From a virus, in UHGV virus genome UHGV-0042525: DNA of 22,747 nt, one strand, 5' to 3'. The notes under the pieces were generated by a model that ran no database searches, had not been told where the DNA came from, and worked only from the letters and a program-made list of their open reading frames with translations. Position numbers and translations under genes: made by a program. Positions within the stretch are counted from its first letter, which is position 1. Every line of letters begins with the position of its first letter. This document shows, in pieces, positions 7,805 through 17,269 of this stretch.

Positions 7805-9565
7805 TTAAATCCATTTTATGAAATCTTCCATTTCATCATATTTTTTTATTACTGCTCTAACATCTTTGCTTTCATCACATAAACAATCTAAAAGACTATC
7901 CCATTCAGTTTGTTTTTTACCAAATCCATAAACAGCCTCTATATCACCGGATTTCCATATATAGATTCCGTTATCTTTCAATTTTTGATGTATTTCATGT
8001 ATATGCTTTTGTGTTTTTTCATGGTTACATATTTTGATGAAGTCTTTGCTTGAAATGCTTTTGAATGACTCAAAAGTAGTAACTTTTGTATTTAAACTAA
8101 GCTCTCCTGAGTTGATTGATTCAATCAAAGCAGTCAATAGATTATCACATTCAGTACTAAGTAAGTCTTTATGCTCTGTTAATAGAATATTTGATAAGAA
8201 ATCACAATCAGCTAGAATCCTTGTTTTTATGCCGATGGCATTGATGATTTGTGACATCTTAAATAAACTACCCTTACCGTCAACGGCAACAATGCAGATT
8301 TTACTCGGGTTGAGTTCATGTCCGTTAATTTTTTTATAAAGTGCATATAGAACGTTTGTCTCTGTTTTCCCTTCAACAAGCAAAACTTCTTCAGAAAATA
8401 AAAGGTATGATGAATTAGAAAGCGTGAATGCTGAGTGCAATTGCGGTGATGAAGATTTATATAATTCTTCGATTTTTTCAGATATAGTCTTCCTTGCTAT
8501 GGTTCCATTAGAATCCTTACAAACCTGAATCGCATTTGCTGCATGCTTTGCAGAAAGCATACTGGCTGAGTGAGTTGATATTATAACCTGATACCCTGAT
8601 TCACTTAATGTGACAAGTGATTCTCTGACAGAATTAATGGCTGAAGGGTGTAAATATAACTCAGGTTCATCAATGAAAATCAAAGTGTTTGATTTTTTTG
8701 ATTCGCTGTTTTCTTTTTTTATTTCGGCCAGGTATTGAATTAATGCCATTTGAATGGAACGTTGTGTTCCGTGACCAAATCGGCTGATATCTCTCATTAC
8801 CGGTTCATCTTCCCGAGACTCAAAAACTTTCAGAGTGCCGGATTTAAATATCTCATCTAATGTCGGTGTGGGAAAGTGTAACTTTACACTTACGTCAGGA
8901 AAAAATTGGTTTACTTTTTTATTTACACCTGAGTCTATTTTATTAAGGCTTTCTAATCTGTTCTCACCGTTGTGAGAAAGATATTTACCTATTTCTGATA
9001 TGTTTTTTGAAAATTTTTCTTCGTGTTCTTGTTTTATTTCAGAAACAATTGCGGAAAGTATCTTTCCTATTGTGGTCGTGTTTTTGCATTTTGTTGAGTC
9101 TTCGACAGCGTCAGACATTGCAGGGATATGAATTGGTTCCGGAAATATATTGGAGATTGCACCATCTATGCCGCCAGGGTTTTTCTTCCACGTGGTACCG
9201 TCATATACATCCAGACTTTTTTTGGCTTTTCCTGTTTCCTTATTAAATTCCTGTCTTCTTGCAAAGGTAAGAGTCCCGTCAATTATAAACGGAGCTATTT
9301 TTTGTTGATTCTCTTCTGTTAACAAAGACAGAGTATCATCTGTTATACCTTGAATAACGCCTTCAACGGATACGGGGTGTGTAGGATCGTACACATCTGA
9401 TTCTGAAATCAAAGAGCCATCTAACAGCCACTTAATTGCTAAGATAATATTTGATTTTCCTGCGTTATTATAACCAACTAAAGCAGTGAAGGGGCGCAAA
9501 ATAGCCGATGTTGACTTACAAGAACGAAAGTTGCTAATTGAAACTGAAGCAAGACGTACAGTCAT
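7805..9565 (-). CDS. old: OLD-family ATPase-Toprim nuclease (class 1, P2 Old-like), 586 aa
   Basis: N-terminal ABC ATPase motifs: Walker A GYNNAGKS (about 9452-9475), Walker B LIFIDE, H-loop ISTHS. C-terminal Toprim-like motifs LLVEGKTE, AVDGKGS, LADCDF. 586 aa is the P2 Old length as recalled. First gene leftward from cos. Confidence 0.8.
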   Translation of the reverse strand: MTVRLASVSISNFRSCKSTSAILRPFTALVGYNNAGKSNIILAIKWLLDGSLISESDVYDPTHPVSVEGVIQGITDDTLSLLTEENQQKIAPFIIDGTLTFARRQEFNKETGKAKKSLDVYDGTTWKKNPGGIDGAISNIFPEPIHIPAMSDAVEDSTKCKNTTTIGKILSAIVSEIKQEHEEKFSKNISEIGKYLSHNGENRLESLNKIDSGVNKKVNQFFPDVSVKLHFPTPTLDEIFKSGTLKVFESREDEPVMRDISRFGHGTQRSIQMALIQYLAEIKKENSESKKSNTLIFIDEPELYLHPSAINSVRESLVTLSESGYQVIISTHSASMLSAKHAANAIQVCKDSNGTIARKTISEKIEELYKSSSPQLHSAFTLSNSSYLLFSEEVLLVEGKTETNVLYALYKKINGHELNPSKICIVAVDGKGSLFKMSQIINAIGIKTRILADCDFLSNILLTEHKDLLSTECDNLLTALIESINSGELSLNTKVTTFESFKSISSKDFIKICNHEKTQKHIHEIHQKLKDNGIYIWKSGDIEAVYGFGKKQTEWDSLLDCLCDESKDVRAVIKKYDEMEDFIKWI

Positions 9566-9759
9566 TATTTTTCCTTAAATGTGCTATTTGTATGCAATGA
9601 GTTCATACGAAACGCTTTTTTACATTTTATAGTCGTTGCATTCAAGGGTGCATGAGATTGCATTAAGGGAAACTGTGATATGGCTTGGCTTTTGACTGGA
9701 AATACTGATGGCTCATTAGTTTTATTAAGGTGCATTAAAACCGCCCCGTGAAGCGGGCG

Positions 9760-9778
9760 GGCGAGGCGGGGAAAGCAC
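9760..9778. other. cos: cos cohesive-end site (19-nt overhang sequence)
   Basis: GGCGAGGCGGGGAAAGCAC read directly; matches my recollection of the P2 cohesive end. Lies between old and Q, where linear phage ends join in a prophage. Confidence 0.75.
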
Positions 9779-9920
9779 TGCGCGCTGGCGGTGGTGCTGA
9801 TTTTATTTTTTCAGCGTCTGAGCGCGTCGTGAAGGCGCTTAGTCTGCCCGTTGAGGCGTTGGTGTGTCTGCGGGGTGTTTTGTGCGGTGGTGAGCGTGTG
9901 AGGGCGTGATGACGGGGTGT

Positions 9921-9942
9921 AAAAAAGCCGCCCGCAGGCGGC
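9921..9942 (-). terminator. rho-independent terminator after Q (end of Q-P transcript)
   Basis: On the minus strand GCCGCC-TGCG-GGCGGC followed by TTTTTT, 5 nt downstream of the Q stop (9948-9950). Confidence 0.55.
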
Positions 9943-9947
9943 GATGT

Positions 9948-10982
9948 TCAGCCGTTGTCAGTGTCCAGTGAGTAGTTTTTAAAGCGGATGACCTCCTGAC
10001 CGAGCCAGCCGTTTATCTCGCGGATCCTGTCCTGTAGAGGGATAAGCTCATTGCGGACAAAGACCTTTGCCACTTTCTCAATATCACCCAGCGACCCGAC
10101 GTTCTCCGGCTTGCCGCCCATCAACTGAAAGGGGATGCGGTGCGCGTCCAGCAGGTCAGCGGCGCTGGCTTTTTTGATATTAAAAAAATCGTCCTTCGTT
10201 GCCACTTCACTGAGCGGGATAATTTTAATGCCGTCGGCTTTCCCCTGCGGGGCATAGAGAAACAGATTTTTAAAGTTGTTGCGGCCTTTCGACTTGACCA
10301 TGTTTTCGCGAAGCATTTCGATATCGTTGCGATCCTGCACGGCATCGGTGACGTACATGATATATCCGGCATGAGCGCCGTTTTCGTAATACTTGCGGCG
10401 GAACAGCGTGGCCGACTCATTCAGCCAGGCAGAATTAAGGGCGCTGAGATATTCCGGCAGGCCGTACAGCTCCTGATTAATATCCGGCTCCAGCAGGTGA
10501 AACACGGAGCCGGGCGCGAAGGCTGTCGGCTCGTTGAAGGACGGCACCCACCAGTAAACATCCTCTTCCACACCACGGCGGGTATATTTTGCCGGTGAGG
10601 TTTCCAGCCTGATGACCTTACCGGTGGTGCTGTAACGCTTTTCCAGAAACGCATTACCGAACACCAGAAAATCCAGCACAAAGCGGCTGAAATCCTGCTG
10701 GGAAAGCCACGGATGCGGGATAAATGTCGAGGCCAGAATATTACGTTTGACGTAAATCGGTGAGCTGTGATGCACGGCAGCACGCAGGCTTTTTGCCAGA
10801 CCGGTAAAGCTGACCGGTGGCTCATACCATCTGCCGTTACTGATGCACTCGACGTAATCCAGAATGTCACGGCGGTCGAGTACCGGCACCGGCTCACCAA
10901 AGGTGAATGCCTCCATTTTCGGGGCGCTGGCGGTCATTGTTTTTGCCGCAGGTTGCGGTGTTTTCCCTTTTTTCTTGCTCAT
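9948..10982 (-). CDS. Q: portal protein (P2 gpQ)
   Basis: 344-aa ORF MSKKKGKTPQPAAKTMTASAPKMEAF; first gene past cos, leftward, overlapping P stop by 1 nt. Confidence 0.9.
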   Translation of the reverse strand: MSKKKGKTPQPAAKTMTASAPKMEAFTFGEPVPVLDRRDILDYVECISNGRWYEPPVSFTGLAKSLRAAVHHSSPIYVKRNILASTFIPHPWLSQQDFSRFVLDFLVFGNAFLEKRYSTTGKVIRLETSPAKYTRRGVEEDVYWWVPSFNEPTAFAPGSVFHLLEPDINQELYGLPEYLSALNSAWLNESATLFRRKYYENGAHAGYIMYVTDAVQDRNDIEMLRENMVKSKGRNNFKNLFLYAPQGKADGIKIIPLSEVATKDDFFNIKKASAADLLDAHRIPFQLMGGKPENVGSLGDIEKVAKVFVRNELIPLQDRIREINGWLGQEVIRFKNYSLDTDNG

Positions 10983-12754
10983 CAGTAAAACTCCAGAATG
11001 GTGGATGTCAGCGGGGTGCTGATACCGGCGGTGAGTGGCTCATTTAACAGGGCGTGCATGGTTGCCCAGGCGAGGTCGGCGTGGCTGGCTTCCTCGCTGC
11101 GGCTGGCCTCATAGGTGGCGCTGCGTCCGCTGCTGGTTATGGTCTTGCGGATAGCCATAAACGAGCTGGTGATGTCGGTGGCGCTGACGTCATATTCCAG
11201 ACAGCCACGGCGGATGACGTCTTTTGCCTTGAGCACCATTGCGGTTTTCATTTCCGGCGTGTAGCGGATGTCGCGCGCGGCGGGATAGAACGAGCGCACG
11301 AGCTGGAACACGCCGACACCGAGGCCGGTGGCATCAATACCGATGTATTCGACGTTGTATTTTTCGGTGAGTTTGCGGATGGATTCCGCCTGAGTGGCAA
11401 AGTCCATGCCTTTCCACTGGTGACGCTCAAGTATTCTGAATTTGCCACCGGCCACCACCGGCGGTGCCAGTACCACGCATCCGGCGCTGTCGCCACGGTG
11501 TGACGGGTCGTAACCAATCCATACCGGACGTGAGCCGAACGGATTGGCGGCAAACGGCGCATAGTCTTCCCATTCTTCCAGCGTGTCGACCATGCAGCGT
11601 TGCAGCTCCTCAAACGGGAACACCGATGCCTTGTCGTCAACAAATTCACACATGAACAGGTTTTTAAAATCGTCGGCGCTGTTTTCGCGTTTGAGCTGCT
11701 CAATGTCGAACAATGTGCAGCCGCCTTTCAGGGCGTCCTCAATGGTGACAATCTGCCGCCACTGGCCGTCCGCACAGAGAAGACCACCGGCAAGGGCGTT
11801 ATGACTGACGTCGATTTCCACACGTTCGGCGGCGCTGGCGCGTCCCCGGTTGAACAGTTCACCCGACCAGAACGGGTAGGCGTCGTGCGCCAGCGTGGAC
11901 GGGGTGGAGAAATAGGTCGAGCGCAGGTGACTCTGTGAGGCCATACCTGATGCCACCTTACGCAGTACCTGAAAATTCGGGATCCAGAAAATCTCGTCGA
12001 CGTACAGGTCGCCGTTATGGCTCTGTGCGGTGTTGGAGTTGGTGCCGAGAAAAATCAGTTTTGCGCCGTTATTGCCCAGGACAATCGGGTCACCGGTCAG
12101 GTCAACGTCAACCAGCCGGGCAAAGGCGATGATGTATTCGCGGAACACATACGCCTGCGTTTTACTGGCCGACAGAAAAATCTGGTTATGACCGGTTTTC
12201 AGGGCGCGCAGCAGCGCCTCGCGGGAAAAATAAAACGTCGCGCCAATCTGGCGGGATTTCAGGATATCGCGGATGCGGTGCTCAAGCCCGGCGCGATACC
12301 AGCGCAACTGATATTCGAAAGACTGCTCAAAGAAAATCTGCTCCAGCTTTTCGATGGCCTCGTCACTGAAAAAATTCTTTTTCGGTTTGCGACGCCCGCC
12401 TTTGTTGCGGTTAGCAACGTTCGGATTAAGGTCTGCCTCGTTGCCGGTCTGGCTGTAACGGTTGACCCGCGCCAGTCGTTCAATCTGGCGTCCGAGCAGG
12501 TCAATTTCCTTGAAGTCACCGCCGGTTTTCTGCGGTTTGATGATGAGCTGGGTCAGCCGCGCTTCCAGACTCATTTCGACACGGCTGATGGGAGCAACGC
12601 TGTCCCAGCCGTCGCGCTGTTTCCAGCTCTGCACCGTCGGGCGTTTCATCTGCAACATGGCGGCAATCTGCGGCACGGAAAACCCCTGCCAGTACAGCAG
12701 CGCCGCCTGACGACGCGGGTCGTGTAAAAGAGTGGTGTCTGTGGTGATGGTCAT
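10982..12754 (-). CDS. P: terminase large (ATPase) subunit (P2 gpP)
   Basis: ORF-track frame to 12784; start ATG 12754 (MTITTDTT) gives 590 aa, the P2 P length. Divergent from O across the late promoter region. Confidence 0.9.
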   Translation of the reverse strand: MTITTDTTLLHDPRRQAALLYWQGFSVPQIAAMLQMKRPTVQSWKQRDGWDSVAPISRVEMSLEARLTQLIIKPQKTGGDFKEIDLLGRQIERLARVNRYSQTGNEADLNPNVANRNKGGRRKPKKNFFSDEAIEKLEQIFFEQSFEYQLRWYRAGLEHRIRDILKSRQIGATFYFSREALLRALKTGHNQIFLSASKTQAYVFREYIIAFARLVDVDLTGDPIVLGNNGAKLIFLGTNSNTAQSHNGDLYVDEIFWIPNFQVLRKVASGMASQSHLRSTYFSTPSTLAHDAYPFWSGELFNRGRASAAERVEIDVSHNALAGGLLCADGQWRQIVTIEDALKGGCTLFDIEQLKRENSADDFKNLFMCEFVDDKASVFPFEELQRCMVDTLEEWEDYAPFAANPFGSRPVWIGYDPSHRGDSAGCVVLAPPVVAGGKFRILERHQWKGMDFATQAESIRKLTEKYNVEYIGIDATGLGVGVFQLVRSFYPAARDIRYTPEMKTAMVLKAKDVIRRGCLEYDVSATDITSSFMAIRKTITSSGRSATYEASRSEEASHADLAWATMHALLNEPLTAGISTPLTSTILEFY

Positions 12755-12927
12755 GAATACCTCGCCGTGATGAATACACGGCAAGGCTACTGAGTCGCGC
12801 CCTGCGATTCGCTAAGGTGCTGTTGTGTCAGTGATAAGCCATCCGGGACTGATGGCGGAGGATGCGCATCGTCGGGAAACTGATGCCGACATGTGACTCC
12901 TCTAATCACTATTCAGGACTCCTGACA
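12755..12927. promoter_or_regulatory. divergent late promoter region (P2 PP leftward / PO rightward, Ogr-activated)
   Basis: 173-bp intergenic region between divergent P and O, the position of the P2 late promoters. Individual activator dyads not confidently mapped. Confidence 0.5.
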
Positions 12928-13782
12928 ATGGCAAAAAAAGTCTCAAAATTCTTTCGTATCGGCGTTGAGGGTGACACCTGTGACGGGCGTGTCATCAGTG
13001 CGCAGGATATTCAGGAAATGGCCGAAACCTTTGACCCGCGTGTCTATGGTTGCCGTATTAACCTGGAACATCTGCGCGGCATCCTGCCTGACGGTATTTT
13101 TAAACGTTATGGCGATGTGGCCGAACTGAAGGCCGAAAAGATTGACGATGATTCGGCGCTGAAAGGCAAATGGGCGCTGTTTGCGAAAATCACCCCGACC
13201 GATGACCTTATCGCGATGAACAAGGCCGCGCAGAAGGTCTACACCTCAATGGAAATTCAGCCGAATTTTGCTAACACCGGCAAATGTTATCTGGTGGGTC
13301 TGGCCGTCACCGATGACCCGGCAAGCCTCGGTACGGAATACCTGGAATTCTGCCGTACGGCAAAACACAACCCCCTGAACCGCTTCAAATTAAGCCCTGA
13401 AAACCTGATTTCAGTGGCAACTCCCGTTGAGCTGGAATTTGAAGACCTGCCTGAAACCGTGTTCACCGCCCTGACCGAAAAGGTGAAATCCATTTTTGGC
13501 CGCAAACAGGCCAGCGATGACGCCCGTCTGAATGACGTGCATGAAGCGGTGACCGCTGTTGCTGAACATGTGCAGGAAAAACTGAGCGCCACTGAGCAGC
13601 GCCTCGCTGAGATGGAAACCGCCTTTTCCGCACTTAAGCAGGAGGTGACTGACAGGGCGGATGAAACCAGCCAGGCATTCACCCGCCTGAAAAACAGTCT
13701 CGACCACACCGAAAGTCTGACCCAGCAGCGCCGCAGCAAGGCCACCGGTGGTGGCGGTGACGCCCTGATGACGAACTGCTGA
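12928..13782 (+). CDS. O: capsid scaffolding protein (P2 gpO)
   Basis: Start ATG 12928 (MAKKVSKFFRIGVEGDTCDGR) gives 284 aa; coiled-coil-like Ala/Gln/Glu-rich C-terminus. Confidence 0.9.
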   Translation: MAKKVSKFFRIGVEGDTCDGRVISAQDIQEMAETFDPRVYGCRINLEHLRGILPDGIFKRYGDVAELKAEKIDDDSALKGKWALFAKITPTDDLIAMNKAAQKVYTSMEIQPNFANTGKCYLVGLAVTDDPASLGTEYLEFCRTAKHNPLNRFKLSPENLISVATPVELEFEDLPETVFTALTEKVKSIFGRKQASDDARLNDVHEAVTAVAEHVQEKLSATEQRLAEMETAFSALKQEVTDRADETSQAFTRLKNSLDHTESLTQQRRSKATGGGGDALMTNC

Positions 13783-13840
13783 CCGGCGTCAGTCAGTCCG
13801 GGAAAACCTTCACGATTAACCCTTAATTTCAGGAAAAACT

Positions 13841-14914
13841 ATGCGCCAGGAAACCCGCTTTAAATTTAATGCCTACCTGTCCCGTGTTGCCGAACTGAAC
13901 GGCATCGACGCCGGTGATGTGTCGAAAAAATTCACCGTTGAACCGTCGGTCACCCAGACCCTGATGAACACCATGCAGGAGTCCTCTGACTTTCTGACCC
14001 GCATCAACATTGTGCCGGTCAGCGAAATGAAAGGGGAAAAAATTGGTATCGGTGTCACCGGCTCCATCGCCAGCACCACCGACACCGCCGGTGGCACCGA
14101 GCGTCAGCCGAAGGACTTCTCGAAGCTGGCGTCTAACAAGTACGAATGCGACCAGATCAACTTCGATTTTTATATCCGCTATAAAACGCTTGACCTGTGG
14201 GCGCGTTATCAGGATTTCCAGCTCCGTATCCGTAACGCCATTATCAAACGCCAGTCCCTTGATTTCATCATGGCCGGTTTTAACGGCGTGAAGCGTGCCG
14301 AAACCTCTGACCGCAACAGTAATCCGATGCTGCAGGATGTGGCGGTCGGCTGGCTGCAGAAATACCGCAATGAAGCCCCGGCGCGCGTGATGAGCAAGGT
14401 CACTGACGAGGAAGGTCACACCACCTCTGAGGTCATCCGCGTGGGTAAGGGCGGTGATTATGCCAGCCTTGATGCACTGGTGATGGATGCGACCAACAAC
14501 CTGATTGAACCGTGGTATCAGGAAGACCCTGACCTTGTGGTGATTGTGGGGCGTCAGCTACTGGCGGACAAGTATTTCCCCATCGTCAACAAGGAGCAGG
14601 ACAACAGCGAAATGCTGGCCGCTGACGTCATCATCAGTCAGAAACGCATCGGTAACTTGCCGGCGGTACGCGTCCCGTACTTCCCGGCGGATGCGATGCT
14701 CATCACGAAGCTGGAAAACCTGTCCATCTACTACATGGATGACAGCCATCGCCGCGTGATTGAGGAAAACCCGAAACTCGACCGCGTGGAGAACTACGAG
14801 TCAATGAATATTGATTACGTGGTGGAGGACTACGCCGCCGGTTGTCTGGTGGAAAAAATTAAGGTCGGTGATTTCTCCACACCGGCTAAAGCGACCGCAG
14901 AGCCGGGAGCGTAA
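13841..14914 (+). CDS. N: major capsid protein (P2 gpN)
   Basis: 357-aa ORF following O with AGGAAA RBS; length equals P2 N. Confidence 0.9.
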   Translation: MRQETRFKFNAYLSRVAELNGIDAGDVSKKFTVEPSVTQTLMNTMQESSDFLTRINIVPVSEMKGEKIGIGVTGSIASTTDTAGGTERQPKDFSKLASNKYECDQINFDFYIRYKTLDLWARYQDFQLRIRNAIIKRQSLDFIMAGFNGVKRAETSDRNSNPMLQDVAVGWLQKYRNEAPARVMSKVTDEEGHTTSEVIRVGKGGDYASLDALVMDATNNLIEPWYQEDPDLVVIVGRQLLADKYFPIVNKEQDNSEMLAADVIISQKRIGNLPAVRVPYFPADAMLITKLENLSIYYMDDSHRRVIEENPKLDRVENYESMNIDYVVEDYAAGCLVEKIKVGDFSTPAKATAEPGA

Positions 14915-14917
14915 CCG

Positions 14918-15661
14918 ATGACGAGTCCCGCACAGCGCCACATGATGCGGGTCTCGGCAGCGATGACCGCGCAGCGGGAAGCCGCCCCGCTGCGACATGC
15001 AACTGTCTATGAGCAGATGCTGGTCAAGCTGGCCGCAGACCAGCGCACACTGAAAGCGATTTATTCAAAAGAGCTGAAGGCCGCGAAAAAACGCGAACTG
15101 CTGCCGTTCTGGTTGCCGTGGGTGAACGGCGTGCTGGAGCAGGGCAAAGGTGCACAGGATGACATTCTGATGACGGTCATGCTGTGGCGTCTGGATACCG
15201 GCGATATTGCCGGTGCGCTGGAGATTGCCCGTTATGCCCTGAAGTACGGTCTGACCATGCCGGGTAAACACCGCCGCACCCCGCCGTACATGTTCACCGA
15301 GGAGGTCGCACTCGCGGCCATGCGCGCTCACGCTGCCGGTGAGTCTGTGGATCCCCGCCTGCTGACGGACACCCTTGAACTGACCGCCACGGCTGACATG
15401 CCTGATGAAGTGCGCGCAAAGCTGCACAAAATCACCGGTCTGTTTCTGCGTGACGCTGGTGATGCCGCAGGGGCGCTGGCGCACCTGCAACGTGCGACAC
15501 AGCTCGACTGTCAGGCAGGCGTCAAAAAAGAGATTGAACGACTGGAGCGGGAGCTGAAACCGAAGCCGGAGCCGCAGCCAAAAGCGGTCACCCGCGCCCT
15601 GCGTAAGACCCGGAGCGTGACACCGGCAAAACGTGGACGCCCGAAAAAGAAAGCCAGTTAA
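14918..15661 (+). CDS. M: terminase small (endonuclease) subunit (P2 gpM)
   Basis: 247-aa ORF immediately after N; basic C-terminal tail RALRKTRSVTPAKRGRPKKKAS. Confidence 0.85.
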   Translation: MTSPAQRHMMRVSAAMTAQREAAPLRHATVYEQMLVKLAADQRTLKAIYSKELKAAKKRELLPFWLPWVNGVLEQGKGAQDDILMTVMLWRLDTGDIAGALEIARYALKYGLTMPGKHRRTPPYMFTEEVALAAMRAHAAGESVDPRLLTDTLELTATADMPDEVRAKLHKITGLFLRDAGDAAGALAHLQRATQLDCQAGVKKEIERLERELKPKPEPQPKAVTRALRKTRSVTPAKRGRPKKKAS

Positions 15662-15760
15662 CAACCGAATGCGCCCCGCGCCAGGGCGGCACGCCGGTCA
15701 GTGAGGGTGAATCACCTGACACTGCACCGGCGTCCACCGCCCGACTTTTCAGAGGTAGTC

Positions 15761-16270
15761 ATGATGACGCTGATTATTCCGCGAAAGGAGGCTCCCGTGT
15801 CCGGTGAGGGTACGGTGGTCATCCCGCAACCGGCAGGCGACGAGCCGGTGATTAAAAACACGTTCTTTTTTCCCGATATCGACCCGAAGCGCGTCCGGGA
15901 ACGTATGCGCCTTGAGCAGACCGTCGCCCCCGCCCGTCTGCGTGAGGCCATCAAGTCAGGCATGGCGGAAACAAATGCGGAGCTGTACGAGTACCGCGAA
16001 CAGAAAATTGCCGCCGGTTTTACGCGTCTGGCGGACGTTCCGGCAGACGATATCGACGGTGAAAGCATCAAAGTTTTTTACTACGAGCGCGCCGTGTGTG
16101 CGATGGCGACCGCGTCGCTTTATGAGCGTTATCGCGGCGTGGATGCCAGTGCGAAAGGCGACAAGAAGGCCGACAGCATTGACAGCACCATTGATGAGCT
16201 GTGGCGGGATATGCGCTGGGCAGTGGCGCGCATCCAGGACAAGCCGCGCTGCATCGTGAGTCAAATCTGA
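15761..16270 (+). CDS. L: head completion/stabilisation protein (P2 gpL)
   Basis: ORF-track frame 15701..16270; start ATG 15761 (MMTLIIPRKEA) gives 169 aa as in P2 L. Confidence 0.8.
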   Translation: MMTLIIPRKEAPVSGEGTVVIPQPAGDEPVIKNTFFFPDIDPKRVRERMRLEQTVAPARLREAIKSGMAETNAELYEYREQKIAAGFTRLADVPADDIDGESIKVFYYERAVCAMATASLYERYRGVDASAKGDKKADSIDSTIDELWRDMRWAVARIQDKPRCIVSQI

Positions 16271-16473
16271 TGAAGACCTTTGCGCTACAGGGCGACACGC
16301 TCGACGCCATTTGTGTCCGGTATTACGGGCGCACTGAGGGCGTGGTTGAGACCGTGCTCGCCGCAAATCCGGGACTGGCTGAACTGGGTGCGGTGCTGCC
16401 ACACGGCACCGCCGTCGAACTGCCCGACGTTCAGACCGCGCCCGTGGCTGAAACTGTCAATCTGTGGGAGTAA
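16270..16473 (+). CDS. X: tail protein X (LysM-like)
   Basis: 67-aa ORF MKTFALQGDTLDAICVRYYGRTEGVVETVLAANPGLAELGAVLPHGTAVELP (LysM-like pattern); start overlaps L stop. Confidence 0.75.
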   Translation: MKTFALQGDTLDAICVRYYGRTEGVVETVLAANPGLAELGAVLPHGTAVELPDVQTAPVAETVNLWE

Positions 16474-16476
16474 CGC

Positions 16477-16758
16477 ATGACAGCAGAAGAAAAAAGCGTC
16501 CTGTCGCTTTTCATGATTGGGGTGCTGATTGTTGTCGGCAAGGTGCTTGCCGGTGGTGAACCCATCACCCCGCGTCTGTTTATCGGGCGCATGTTGCTCG
16601 GTGGTTTTGTCTCGATGGTTGCCGGTGTTGTTCTGGTGCAGTTTCCTGACCTGTCACTGCCTGCGGTGTGCGGTATCGGCTCCATGCTGGGTATCGCCGG
16701 TTATCAGGTGATTGAGATTGCCATTCAGCGCCGCTTTAAGGGCAGGGGGAAACCGTAA
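16477..16758 (+). CDS. Y: holin (P2 gpY)
   Basis: 93-aa ORF with hydrophobic transmembrane segments and charged C-terminus RRFKGRGKP; directly upstream of endolysin. Confidence 0.8.
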   Translation: MTAEEKSVLSLFMIGVLIVVGKVLAGGEPITPRLFIGRMLLGGFVSMVAGVVLVQFPDLSLPAVCGIGSMLGIAGYQVIEIAIQRRFKGRGKP

Positions 16759-17255
16759 TGCCGGTTATTAACACGCATCAGAATATCGCCGCCTTTCTCG
16801 ACATGCTGGCCGAGTCCGAAGGGACGGCAAACCATCCGCTGACGAAAAACCGGGGCTATGACGTGATAGTCACCGGACTGGACGGGAAGCCGGAAATTTT
16901 CACCGACTACAGTGACCACCCGTTCGCACATGGCCGACCGGCGAAGGTGTTTAACCGTCGCGGTGAAAAATCCACGGCCTCCGGTCGCTATCAGCAGCTT
17001 TACCTGTTCTGGCCGCATTACCGCAAACAGCTTGCCCTGCCGGATTTCAGTCCGTTGTCACAGGACAGACTTGCCATTCAGTTGATCCGCGAACGCGGTG
17101 CACTGGATGACATCCGGGCGGGGCGCATTGAGCGCGCCATTTCACGCTGTCGCAATATCTGGGCGTCCCTGCCGGGTGCCGGTTACGGTCAGCGTGAGCA
17201 TTCACTGGAAAAACTGGTCACCGTCTGGCGTACCGCTGGCGGCGTACCGGCTTAA
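16758..17255 (+). CDS. K: endolysin / lysozyme (P2 gpK)
   Basis: 165-aa ORF after holin with overlapping stop/start; lysozyme-like MPVINTHQNIAAFLDMLAESEGT. Confidence 0.85.
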   Translation: MPVINTHQNIAAFLDMLAESEGTANHPLTKNRGYDVIVTGLDGKPEIFTDYSDHPFAHGRPAKVFNRRGEKSTASGRYQQLYLFWPHYRKQLALPDFSPLSQDRLAIQLIRERGALDDIRAGRIERAISRCRNIWASLPGAGYGQREHSLEKLVTVWRTAGGVPA

Positions 17256-17269
17256 ACGGAGTAAACACC

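Noticed and set aside
6873-9322. Plus-strand ORFs opposite tin and old (6873..7115, 7134..7463, 8034..8339, 9007..9246, 9128..9322)
   Set aside because: Low-complexity, AT-rich antisense frames (Phe/Leu/Ile-rich translations) opposite motif-bearing genes.
6869-9565. Possibility that the island is a novel or PARIS (AriA/AriB) or Gabija-type defence system rather than old/tin
   Set aside because: Toprim-like motifs are on the same 586-aa chain as the ATPase (class-1 OLD layout), the neighbour is a 253-aa non-helicase, and sizes and position match P2 old/tin. Still needs an alignment to confirm.
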